Shown here: piece by piece, positions 17,840 to 27,900 of the stretch
Layout of the letters: each line of letters starts with the position of its first letter
Position numbering within the stretch: the first letter of the stretch is position 1
Origin: Candidatus Margulisiibacteriota bacterium
GTDB taxonomy: Bacteria; Margulisbacteria; Riflemargulisbacteria; GWF2-39-127
Length of the DNA stretch: 34,433 nt
Assembly: GCA_003242895.1 (NCBI GenBank)
Contig: QKMY01000012.1
Span: forward strand, 1-34,433
Direction: 5' to 3'
The notes under the pieces: model-generated
What the model was told of the DNA's origin: nothing
Database searches by the model: none
What the model saw: the letters and a program-made list of their open reading frames with translations, nothing else
Position numbers and translations under genes: made by a program

Positions 17840-20800
17840 ATGAATAGAAAAAAAGTATCAATTGATGGGAACCAGGCAGCTGCTTATTGTGCCTATCATT
17901 TAAACGAAGTTATTACCATTTATCCAATAACTCCATCGTCGCCTATGGGAGAGCTGGCTGATCAGTGGTCGAAGGAAAATGTGTCTAACATTTGGGGTAC
18001 AGTGCCGCATGTGACCGAGATGCAGAGTGAGGCCGGAGCCGCAGGAGCTGTTCACGGATCACTGCAAACAGGTGCACTTACGACTACGTTCACTGCTTCT
18101 CAAGGGTTGCTGCTCATGTTGCCGAACATGTACAAGATAGCCGGAGAGCTGAACTCCACAGTATTCCATGTCACGGCCCGGACAATAGCAACACATGCGT
18201 TATCAATCTTCTGTGACCACAGCGATGTCATGGCTGCAAGATCAACCGGATTCGCATTACTCGCATCTAATTCTGTTCAGGAAGCCATGGATTTTGCTTT
18301 AATCGCGCAGGCAGCTACACTGGAATCAAGAATACCGTTCCTGCATTTTTTCGATGGGTTCCGTACCTCTCATGAGATATCGAAAATCGAAGAACTCACG
18401 GTCACAGACCTGCGTGCCATGATTGACGAAACGCTGGTAAGACAGCACCGGGAACGCGCTTTATCACCCGACCACCCATTTATCCGAGGCACTTCACAGA
18501 ACCCTGACGTATTCTTCCAGGCCCGAGAGACTGCCAACCCCTACTACGCAGCTTGCCCCAGCATTGTCCAGAAAATTATGGACAAGTTTGCCGGCATTGC
18601 GGGCAGGCAATATTCATTATTCCAATATACCGGTGCACCGGACGCAGACAGAATAATCGTACTAATAGGTTCCGGAGCGCAAACTGTACAAGAAACCGTT
18701 GAACATCTCAACCGGCACGGAGAAAAAGTCGGTGTGCTCAAGGTCAGGCTTTATCGGCCGTTTTCCCTCGAACATTTTATCGCGGCTATTCCAAAAACCG
18801 TAACGAATATTACCGTACTCGACAGGACAAAGGAGCCGGGCAGTCAAGGCGAACCGCTCTACCTTGATGTCGTAGCAGCTATTAATGAAGCACACGACAA
18901 GGGAATCTCGCATTTTTCTCAGCCACCCCGTATAACCGGTGGCAGATATGGGCTCTCCTCAAAAGAATTCTATCCCCCGATGGTCAAAGCGATATTTGAT
19001 AATATGGACAAAAACATCAACCATTTTACTGTCGGAATAAAAGATGATGTGACCTATAATAGCCTTGATTATGACGAAAGTTTCTCTATAGAACCGGAAG
19101 ACAGGACCCGCGCTATTTTCTACGGACTAGGTGCTGACGGCACTGTAAGCGCGAATAAAAACTCTATTAAAATTATCGGGGAAGGAACAGATAATTATGC
19201 CCAGGGATATTTTGTTTACGACTCACATAAAGCCGGATCGCTGACCATTTCACACCTCAGATTTGGTCCTGCACCGATTGACGCGCCCTATCTTATTACC
19301 CAAGCAAACTTCGTAGCCTGCCATCAATTCGAGTTCGTAGAACGGCTGGATATTCTCAAAGTCGCACAGCACAACGCTCCCTTCCTGCTCAATAGTCCTT
19401 ACCCGGAGGAACAGGTCTGGGATCACCTGCCCCGAACAGCTCAGGAGCATATCATTAATAAGAATTTACGCTTCTTTGTTATCGACGCGTATAAAATAGC
19501 CAGGGACATCGGATTGGACGTACGGATCAACACCATAATGCAAACATGTTTTTTTGCGCTCAGTAAGGTTATCCCCATTGAAAATGCTATTAGCACAATA
19601 AAACATTCCATTGAAAAATCTTATGGCAAACATGGCGATGTTATTGTGAAGATGAATTTCCAGGCTGTCGATGAAGCGCTTAACAATCTACACGAAGTTA
19701 AGGTCCCGGGAAAAGCAACAAGCAGCTTTGATTTTCGTCCGGTTGTTCCTGACAATGCACCGGAATTCGTGCAGATTGTTACTGCAAAGCTCCTTACCTA
19801 TGAAGGAGACGATCTTCCGGTCAGTGCTTTTGCTCCCGACGGAACATTTCCAAGTGGTACAACAAAATATGAAAAACGAAATATTGCCAAAGAAATCCCG
19901 GCGTGGGATACAAATACCTGTATCCAATGCGGAAAATGTTCCCTGGTTTGCCCCCATGCGGTTATTCGTGCAAAAGTCTATGACCCTGCCATTCTTGAAC
20001 ATGCACCGGACACCTTTAAATCAACCCCGGCACGCATGCGCCCCTTCCAGGATAAGCTTTTCACATTACAAGTTTCGCCCGAAGACTGTACCGGATGTAC
20101 GCTTTGCGTCGTCGTGTGCCCTGCAAAAAACCAGCAAGAACCCCGGCTCAAAGCAATTAATATGGTGCCGCAGGCCCCTATCCGCGAACAGGAAGTAAAG
20201 AACTGGGAATTCTTTTCTCAGATACCTGAGATCGACCGGAGCAAGCTTAATCTTAGTCTGGCAAGAGATATCCAATTCCTTCAGCCGTTATTCGAGTTTT
20301 CTGCCGCCTGTGCCGGTTGCGGAGAGACCCCGTACCTCAAACTCCTAAGCCAGCTTTTCGGTGAACGAATATATATCGCTAATGCTACCGGATGCAGCTC
20401 TATCTACGGCGGCAATTTACCAACAACTCCCTGGACTACTAATCGCGAGGGAAAAGGTCCGGCCTGGTCCAACTCCCTGTTTGAAGATAATGCCGAATTC
20501 GGGTTCGGAATGAAGCAGGGCCTGAATAAGCAAATCGAATATGCCAAAGAACTGCTGCAAGGCATGTCAGAAGCAATTGGTAACGACCTGGTTGAAGCGC
20601 TCCTTAACGCAGAGCAGAACTCTGAGTCTGATATCGATCAGCAACGTGAGCGAATCAAAACTTTGAAAGAAAAATTGGCTATGCTGGATGACGATAACGC
20701 AAAAATGCTCTTAAGCATAGCAGACCTGCTAGCCCGGAAAAATGTATGGATAGTAGGAGGCGACGGGTGGGCTTATGATATCGGTTATGGGGGACTCGAT

Positions 20801-21385
20801 CATGTACTGGCATTAGGGGCTAACATAAATATCCTTGTACTTGATACCGAAATATACTCCAACACCGGAGGTCAGATGTCCAAGGCTACACCACGCGGAG
20901 CCGTCGCCAAATTCGCAGCTGCCGGGAAAAAAACCGCAAAAAAAGATCTGGCTATGCTGGCTATGGTCTATGGAAACGTCTATGTCGCCAGAATTGCCAT
21001 GGGTGCGGATGACGCTCAGTCAATCAAAGCATTCCGGGAAGCGCAGGCATACGATGGTCCGTCAATCATTGTCGCTTATAGCCACTGCATCGGCCAAGGA
21101 TACAATCTTGCTTACGGAATGCAGCAACAGAAAGCAGCAGTCCTTTCAGGGTACTGGCCCCTGATCAGATATAACCCGGCACTCGTAAAAGAAGGCAAAT
21201 CACCACTGCAACTTGATTCAAAACCGGCGAGTATTCCACTCGAAGATTACATCTATAACGAAACACGGTACAGTATATTAGTCCATAGTAATCCGGAAGA
21301 AGCGAAATTGCTTTTAGCACGGGCAAAGGAAGACGTTGCAAAGCGCTGGAAGCTCTATGAACACTGGGCAAAACTGCCAGTATAA
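17840..21385 (+). CDS. nifJ: Pyruvate:ferredoxin (flavodoxin) oxidoreductase, single-polypeptide type.
   Basis: About 1,180 aa. N-terminal KVSIDGNQAAAYCAY. Ferredoxin domain CIQCGKCSLVCPHA and CTGCTLCVVVCPAKN. TPP domain GGDGWAYDIGYGGLDH. RBS GAAGGAG before ATG 17840; the track start at 17804 has no RBS. Confidence 0.9.
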   Translation: MNRKKVSIDGNQAAAYCAYHLNEVITIYPITPSSPMGELADQWSKENVSNIWGTVPHVTEMQSEAGAAGAVHGSLQTGALTTTFTASQGLLLMLPNMYKIAGELNSTVFHVTARTIATHALSIFCDHSDVMAARSTGFALLASNSVQEAMDFALIAQAATLESRIPFLHFFDGFRTSHEISKIEELTVTDLRAMIDETLVRQHRERALSPDHPFIRGTSQNPDVFFQARETANPYYAACPSIVQKIMDKFAGIAGRQYSLFQYTGAPDADRIIVLIGSGAQTVQETVEHLNRHGEKVGVLKVRLYRPFSLEHFIAAIPKTVTNITVLDRTKEPGSQGEPLYLDVVAAINEAHDKGISHFSQPPRITGGRYGLSSKEFYPPMVKAIFDNMDKNINHFTVGIKDDVTYNSLDYDESFSIEPEDRTRAIFYGLGADGTVSANKNSIKIIGEGTDNYAQGYFVYDSHKAGSLTISHLRFGPAPIDAPYLITQANFVACHQFEFVERLDILKVAQHNAPFLLNSPYPEEQVWDHLPRTAQEHIINKNLRFFVIDAYKIARDIGLDVRINTIMQTCFFALSKVIPIENAISTIKHSIEKSYGKHGDVIVKMNFQAVDEALNNLHEVKVPGKATSSFDFRPVVPDNAPEFVQIVTAKLLTYEGDDLPVSAFAPDGTFPSGTTKYEKRNIAKEIPAWDTNTCIQCGKCSLVCPHAVIRAKVYDPAILEHAPDTFKSTPARMRPFQDKLFTLQVSPEDCTGCTLCVVVCPAKNQQEPRLKAINMVPQAPIREQEVKNWEFFSQIPEIDRSKLNLSLARDIQFLQPLFEFSAACAGCGETPYLKLLSQLFGERIYIANATGCSSIYGGNLPTTPWTTNREGKGPAWSNSLFEDNAEFGFGMKQGLNKQIEYAKELLQGMSEAIGNDLVEALLNAEQNSESDIDQQRERIKTLKEKLAMLDDDNAKMLLSIADLLARKNVWIVGGDGWAYDIGYGGLDHVLALGANINILVLDTEIYSNTGGQMSKATPRGAVAKFAAAGKKTAKKDLAMLAMVYGNVYVARIAMGADDAQSIKAFREAQAYDGPSIIVAYSHCIGQGYNLAYGMQQQKAAVLSGYWPLIRYNPALVKEGKSPLQLDSKPASIPLEDYIYNETRYSILVHSNPEEAKLLLARAKEDVAKRWKLYEHWAKLPV

Positions 21386-21405
21386 TGCGTCAAGGAGGTA
21401 AGGAC

Positions 21406-22404
21406 ATGGTAGACCTAAGCACTGAATACATGGGACTGAAGTTAAAGAACCCGCTGGTTGCCTCTTCATCGCCTTTGAGCCAGGATATGGAAAACCTTCG
21501 CCGCATGGAGGAATCCGGTATAGCAGCGGTAGTGATGTACTCACTTTTTGAAGAACAGATAACAGCGGAAAGTAAAGAGTTAAACCGATATCTGGTACAA
21601 GGAACAGAGAGTTTTGCGGAATCACTCACCTATTTACCTGATTTCGGCAATTATAAGATAGGGCCCGATGACTATCTTAAACATATTGAAAATGCTAAGA
21701 AGCTCATAGGTATACCAGTCATTGGAAGTCTTAACGGAGTCTCTACAGGAGGATGGACGCGTTACGCAAAATTGATTGAAGAAGCAGGAGCAGATGCCTT
21801 GGAGTTAAACACCTATTACCTGAGCACAAGTACGGACATTACTTCAGGTCAAATAGAAAAAATATATATTGATCTTGTCAAAAACATCAGGAATAGCATC
21901 AGCATACCGATAGCTGTTAAGCTCAGCCCTTTTTTCAGTTCTATTCCGAACATGGCATTTCAACTAATTGAAGCAGGGGCAAATGCTCTCGTACTGTTCA
22001 ATCGTTTTTACCAGCCGGATCTGGACATAGAAGCAGAAAAGGTTGTTCCTAATCTGGTTTTGAGTACTTCGGAAGAACTGCGGATGCGGCTTCGCTGGGT
22101 AGCGATTCTTGAGGACCGGATTAAAACCGATATGGCTATAACCGGTGGCGTTCATACGGTTGATGACGTTGTCAAATCTATAATGGCAGGAGCAAAGGTA
22201 GCAATGATGACTTCTGCATTATTAAAAAACGGTATAAGTCATATAACGCTACTGATAGAGGGTTTGACCAGATGGCTGGAAGAGCACCATCGGAGGTCGG
22301 TTCGTCATTTGCAGGGGGTAATGAGCCAGCGTTCAGTGGCTGATCCTGCTGCTTTTGAACGGGCTAATTATATGAAAACCCTGGCTTCATATAAAGAAAT
22401 TTAA
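21406..22404 (+). CDS. Dihydroorotate dehydrogenase-like TIM-barrel flavoprotein of divergent function.
   Basis: YMGLKLKNPLVASSSPLS and FNRF match the class-1 DHOD fold. The catalytic-base motif ELNxSCPN is replaced by ELNTYYLSTS, so there is no Cys or Ser base. AAGGAGG RBS before ATG 21406. Confidence 0.6.
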   Translation: MVDLSTEYMGLKLKNPLVASSSPLSQDMENLRRMEESGIAAVVMYSLFEEQITAESKELNRYLVQGTESFAESLTYLPDFGNYKIGPDDYLKHIENAKKLIGIPVIGSLNGVSTGGWTRYAKLIEEAGADALELNTYYLSTSTDITSGQIEKIYIDLVKNIRNSISIPIAVKLSPFFSSIPNMAFQLIEAGANALVLFNRFYQPDLDIEAEKVVPNLVLSTSEELRMRLRWVAILEDRIKTDMAITGGVHTVDDVVKSIMAGAKVAMMTSALLKNGISHITLLIEGLTRWLEEHHRRSVRHLQGVMSQRSVADPAAFERANYMKTLASYKEI

Positions 22405-22522
22405 GATTATTTTGAGGTATCTCTGCACTCTATGGAGCAAAAAAAGCTTTGTACCAATCCAGAAAAATATACTATAATCTGGCGATCATACCAGATCAAA
22501 TGACAAAGAAATTACTAAATAT

Positions 22523-23455
22523 ATGAAAAAAAATATAATCAGTGTCACTAATGTAAAAAAATCTTTTGGCACCTTCATAGCTCTCAACAATGTCAGTTTT
22601 GAAGTGCAGGAAGGCGAGTGTTTTTCACTGCTCGGACCGAATGGAGCAGGGAAGACCACCATGATGAAAATGATCTATGGCCGGAGTATTCGCGACAAAC
22701 ACGATCACGGAAACATAAGTGTTTTTGGCTGTGATCCTGCAATGAACGAGCTGGAGATCAAGTATCTCTCCGGCATTGTTCAACAGGAAAATAATGTAGA
22801 TGAAGAACTTAATGTCAAAGAGAACCTCGATATATATGCCCGTTTCTATGCGATCCCCGCAAAATCCGCCCAAGAAAGGATCAGCAGCCAACTTGATTTC
22901 ATGGAACTTTCCGACAAAAAGTATGCCCACGTGAAAGAGCTTTCAGGAGGAATGAAAAGACGGCTGGTTATTGCCAGGGCGTTGCTTAATAATCCAAAAC
23001 TGCTCATTCTCGATGAACCGACAGCAGGATTAGACCCTCAGGTCAGGCACTTAATATGGGACAAGATAAGATACCTCAAAAAAGAAGGCACAACTGTCCT
23101 GCTGACCACGCATTATATGGAAGAAGCTTTTCAGCTTGCCGATAATATTATGATCCTCTACCAGGGAGAAAAGGTCGCCGGTGGAAACCCCAAAGAACTT
23201 CTTAAGCACACTATCGAAAGCTATGTTCTGGAAGTGCAGGACAAAAGCGAACTATCTCACATCAAACAACTTTTGAGCACGATGTCAGCACGGCTCGATG
23301 AAGCTCGTGACATCCTATTCATATTTTCGGACACAATTGATGATCTTAAAAAATTTTCAACGATCTTGAAGCCGGGTACTTTCTTATTACGACAGACTAA
23401 TCTTGAAGATCTCTTTCTCAAGCTAACAGGGAGGAAACTTCATGAAGAACGGTAA
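22523..23455 (+). CDS. ABC transporter ATP-binding protein (ABC-2/DrrA-like exporter family).
   Basis: Walker A LLGPNGAGKTT, signature LSGGMKRRL, Walker B LLILDEPTAGLD. Confidence 0.85.
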   Translation: MKKNIISVTNVKKSFGTFIALNNVSFEVQEGECFSLLGPNGAGKTTMMKMIYGRSIRDKHDHGNISVFGCDPAMNELEIKYLSGIVQQENNVDEELNVKENLDIYARFYAIPAKSAQERISSQLDFMELSDKKYAHVKELSGGMKRRLVIARALLNNPKLLILDEPTAGLDPQVRHLIWDKIRYLKKEGTTVLLTTHYMEEAFQLADNIMILYQGEKVAGGNPKELLKHTIESYVLEVQDKSELSHIKQLLSTMSARLDEARDILFIFSDTIDDLKKFSTILKPGTFLLRQTNLEDLFLKLTGRKLHEER

Positions 23456-24227
23456 CGGACCTTGTCCTTCTTTCTGGCACAGGATCAGCAGTGTATGGTA
23501 CCGGCACATGAAAGTCTATACAAAAAACATTGTCACCAATGGATTTCCACCTTTCCTCGAACCGTTAATCTTTTTATTCGGCATAGGGTTAGGTCTGGGA
23601 AATTACGTCTCGACAATGGAAGGCGTTCCCTATATTCAATTCCTGTCCTTAGGGCTCATACTGACTTCTGCGATGTTCACCGCCGCGTTTGAGTGCACAT
23701 ATGGTACTTATGTCCGGTTGGAATTCGAAAAAGTTTATGACGGCATGCTTGGCGCACCTTTAACAGCGACAGATTTGCTGCTTGGAGAAATACTCTGGTG
23801 CGGCACAAAAGGTTTATTTTTTGCTACTGCCGTCCTGACAGTTATATCGATATTCGGTATACTGCCGATTAAACTATTTCTTATCGTCCCGATTATCGGA
23901 TTCCTGACAGGGATTATGTTTGCAGCCCTCTCTCTTCTGGTAACTTCTTTTGTGAATGACATCAACCAGTTTAACTTTTATTCTACCGGGTTCATCTCTC
24001 CGATGTTCTTCTTTTCAGGTGTGGTGTTTTCTCTTGGAAGCCTTCCACCGATATTGAGAATAATTGCTGAATTATTACCTCTTACCCATACCGTAAGGCT
24101 ATTGAGAATGCTGAGTGTTATGCAATTGAATTCGATGGTCTTGGTCGATATAGGTTATATTGTCATCTTTACGGTTGTGATGAGTTATCTTGCAATCAGG
24201 CAATTGAAAAAACGATTGATTAGCTAA
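23442..24227 (+). CDS. ABC-2 type transporter permease.
   Basis: Six predicted transmembrane segments. It overlaps the ATPase gene by 14 nt, and GGGAGG precedes the ATG. Confidence 0.7.
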   Translation: MKNGNGPCPSFWHRISSVWYRHMKVYTKNIVTNGFPPFLEPLIFLFGIGLGLGNYVSTMEGVPYIQFLSLGLILTSAMFTAAFECTYGTYVRLEFEKVYDGMLGAPLTATDLLLGEILWCGTKGLFFATAVLTVISIFGILPIKLFLIVPIIGFLTGIMFAALSLLVTSFVNDINQFNFYSTGFISPMFFFSGVVFSLGSLPPILRIIAELLPLTHTVRLLRMLSVMQLNSMVLVDIGYIVIFTVVMSYLAIRQLKKRLIS

Positions 24228-24333
24228 CAGGCTTTGTAGTCCTTAGCTCCGAGTATATGATTTATTAAAAAAGAGCTAAGGATGCTATCACTGCCGCTCC
24301 TTAACCTGGCCCCCAAAATGGCAATTTATTTTT

Positions 24334-24714
24334 TTACGATTTCAACCAGATAAGCGCTGCATCTGTTGATTTAAATGATTTAATGTCGTCTTTCATCCCT
24401 GCCATAGTGAAAATAAAATCCAGTATAATATCTGTAACAGAATTATTGCCGATTAAAGCAACTTTTGACTTGATATGTGCTATCGGCTTAAGTGCCTTTA
24501 TAATAATATCTCTGCTTTCGGTCGAAAATACTGCGCCAATTGGAAAATGAGAGAAATTTATCAGAGTATTCGGCCGGTATTTCGGATCATCAAGGATTGG
24601 ATAATAATAAGATTTAATTTCCAGGCAAAAATCGTTAACAATTTCCCCGGAATAATCTTTTGCAAACTGTATATAAAGAATTCCATCATTACCTAACGTT
24701 ATTATTTTTCCCAT
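24334..24714 (-). CDS. Hypothetical protein with a STAS/SpoIIAA-like (DUF3478-like) fold.
   Basis: 126 aa. The C-terminal pattern KVALIGNNSVTDIILDFIFTMAGMKDDIKSFKSTDAALIWLK resembles STAS/SEC14-like DUF3478 proteins. Weak assignment. Confidence 0.35.
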   Translation of the reverse strand: MGKIITLGNDGILYIQFAKDYSGEIVNDFCLEIKSYYYPILDDPKYRPNTLINFSHFPIGAVFSTESRDIIIKALKPIAHIKSKVALIGNNSVTDIILDFIFTMAGMKDDIKSFKSTDAALIWLKS

Positions 24715-24735
24715 AATTCACCATTGATCCTATAC

Positions 24736-24888
24736 TTATTTAAGTACTAACAAATAGTATAACACATATAACCAGGACAAGAATCCATGGATTATTGCCC
24801 ACAAAACAGATTTGTTAAGTGACCAGGAAATTACCATGGCTAAAGCTGTTCCGAAACTTACTCCGTGTGAGATAACAGTCTTATTCAT
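24736..24888 (-). CDS. Unannotated small ORF encoding a 50-aa two-helix hydrophobic membrane protein.
   Basis: ATG with GGAG 8 nt upstream. Translation is MNKTVISHGVSFGTALAMVISWSLNKSVLWAIIHGFLSWLYVLYYLLVLK. It is below the 60-aa cutoff of the ORF track and sits 22 nt upstream of, and co-directional with, the STAS-like gene. Confidence 0.5.
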   Translation of the reverse strand: MNKTVISHGVSFGTALAMVISWSLNKSVLWAIIHGFLSWLYVLYYLLVLK

Positions 24889-24996
24889 ATAGTAAACTCC
24901 TATAAAGAACTGACAGTCCCTATCCTTAACGAATAAACCGCAACACAGGTATATCTAGGCATACATCGAGCAGCGATTAAAGAAAAACACTTTAAC

Positions 24997-27900
24997 CTAA
25001 TGAATGACTCCGATTATCCACGGCAAAGCGATGTAACCCGTAGCTTCTATGCCAACCGGATTGATATACATTATATAACCGCCCTTACCTACTTTCTTGC
25101 CATTATCATTAGTTCCATCCCAAGTTATTTTATTGGTGCCTTTTTGCCCCCCGTTACTGCCGGCATTATATTCTTTCTCCGATACCACATGCCCCAGTGC
25201 ATCAAATATCTTTATAGTCACAGTAATATCTTTACTCAAGAAGTAAGTAATTGTAGTAAGCTTCTGTCTGGAATCAAAAGGATTAGGATAGTTGCTTATT
25301 TTCGATATTAATTCTCCCGGATAAGAAGTATTAGTCGGATCCGATACAAGATCGAAATCAGAAGGATTATCAGCATTATTTATTGCCCTTATCTTATAAT
25401 AATACGTTGAATTCTTTTCTCTATCAGTTAGTTGTAATATAGATTTATTCCCGGTAACTATTGCCACATTAATCCATTTCGGTTCAAAACCAGTACTCTG
25501 CCAGACTTCATGACATTTAATCCCGGATTCTTCATCAAGATATGGATTCCAGTCAAGCGCATGAGATACTACGGCGTTATTGCTTGAACCTTCCGAAACA
25601 GATGAATATACATGTATTTTTTTATCTGAAGCTGATTTTGGCGGTGTAAGATCGACTTCGAAAGGTACAGAAGATACCTCGCTCTCAAAACTTTCCGAGT
25701 TCTGCTCGTTAATAGCTTTTACCGAATAATAATATTTCTGCTTATGCTGCAAATTAACTCCGGATATGTTATACGTAGAGCTTATTGAACTGGATTTAAG
25801 GCTCTTAGACTTGACAGAATGAGCTGACAATACCTGCGTATCAACCTCAGACCATGGCATAACATCATCCAAGCCCGGAGCAGATCCGATTGCCTGTAAT
25901 ATCCTGGAAATTACTCCGTCAGGGACAAACGTCTTAACTTCACGGATAAGGGATGAAGGATCAGCAACAAAATAATTTCCGGACACTTTCGGTTTCTCAG
26001 GTTGTCGTCTATCAATAATATCCCATACATGGGTCTGAAACGGCAAATTAGCTGAAGCAATATAAGAATCATAATCTATAACAAAATCATTAATACCTAA
26101 ACTACATCCGAAACTGTTTCCAATACGGGCTTCGTTACCTAGCGATACTAATATCAGATAATTCCTGGTAACTACGTCTACTGCAATTGGCGTGATAAAA
26201 TTGATAGTTACTGCCGTCTCAGACACATACCCGTCAGTATGCCCGACTAGCACATCAGAAGTAACATCATAAAGATCATTCCGATTAACATCCCGATATA
26301 TTGATATTGTCATTTTATCGTAGACATTGCTGGTCCCTGAAATATGTAATGCAAGAGAATTAATTGTTCTGCTTTCGGAATCAAGGGAAATTGCCAGCTT
26401 GGCAATCAGGTTCATATCTGTCCCGGGGTATACAGCCGAATTAATCAGTTCTTCAGCTTTGACTTTAATTTCCGAGTTATATCGGTTCAATGTGTTAGTT
26501 TCACTTTCGTAAGGAAAGTTAAAATCTACGGTAATATTGGGGCTATTTATTATAAAAGAAGAAGGATCTGGAATAACCAGTTGCATAGTACTGTTAACCG
26601 AAGCATAGCGATCAAAATCGAGAGCAATAAAATAGACTCTGCCTTCCAGAAATTCCGAAGAAATCTCCTGAACAGTCCTTAGTTCCAGGTATACGGTATT
26701 TCCCGATACAAAAATATACTCCCCGCTGGAAATCAATTCATCGGAATTAACATCGAATCTGGAATTTTCAGCATCAGAGTCCCCATTATCTTTATATATC
26801 TTAATGTTTTTAATATCCTTTTCCTTAATACTGCCATCCAGTTTAAAACTTAAAGCACGCCATACAATAAGATTCTTATCTGATCTCAATCTGACAGCGC
26901 CTGCTAAAACATCTTTGTTATTCTGTCTGGCACAAGGAATTATATACTTACATGATTGCATCAACAACTTGTTAGGAGCCTCTTTAATAGTAATAAAACC
27001 TGTTTGTACCGGAAACAACGCGCTTTCTACAATATTGCCCGAATTAACAGAAAAATATGCTCCGTTAGGAATAAGTAACCTGAAGGACTGATTAGGTACA
27101 GCCCTGTCTTTTGTATACGCTGCTATTACATATTTATTTCCGGAAACATCAACTTTCTCAGTTGACAAAAAGGTTATACTGGCAACCAATAAATTAGCTG
27201 TAGTTCTCACAAATATATCCGTGCCTGAACTGATCAATACGGCATTTTCAAGTGGCGAGTTAATATTGGGGCCGGCCCTATAGACTTTGACTGCTTCAAT
27301 ATTTGAGGCCAGCACATTTCCTGTAAGAACAACCTGGACACCATACCAACTCAGGATATTACTGCTTGCTCTGGCATCAAGGGTTATAATAGCGGGACCT
27401 GTATCACCCGTATAGATTATCTTAGGTGAAGTATCAATTACACCGCTAACAATTAGAACCTTACCTTGAACCTCTTCTGGAACTACACCGGTCCCACCAC
27501 CACCACCGCCGTCACCATCGCCGGTTCCGTCGCCACCACTGCTACCACCGGACCCGATCGGTTTTTTATCGGTATTCAAATTCGATGCATTATCGGTAAT
27601 CGATATAGCGAATTCCAAATAACTTTTAGTAACTACCAGGTCTATGTTAAAAGTACCAACCCAGACAAAATCTCCAGCCCGGCTCAAAGTAACCGGCATC
27701 ATATTAACCGAAGTACCATACATAAGGTTCGGTGTTATTCGAAGAGCGTAATCTTCATTTAATACACTCAGGGTTATCGGCACATCACCGGTTAAATCAT
27801 CTTTAAAATACAGTATTGATCCTTTCGGAGGTATATTATCAAAAACTACATTCCAGGAAACAACTCCAGGATTAATATTCCCCAATTTATCCTTTGTCCA

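Noticed and set aside
18544-21629. Several ORFs inside or antisense to PFOR and the DHOD-like gene (including 19671..20198 at 175 aa, 20835..21164, 21314..21625 and 21390..21629).
   Set aside because: They are off-frame or antisense within an uninterrupted, motif-verified 1,182-aa PFOR and the DHOD-like gene.
22625-23965. ORFs 22625..22930 (-), 23462..23692 (+) and 23735..23965 (-) within the ABC genes.
   Set aside because: Embedded in the ABC ATPase and permease CDSs.
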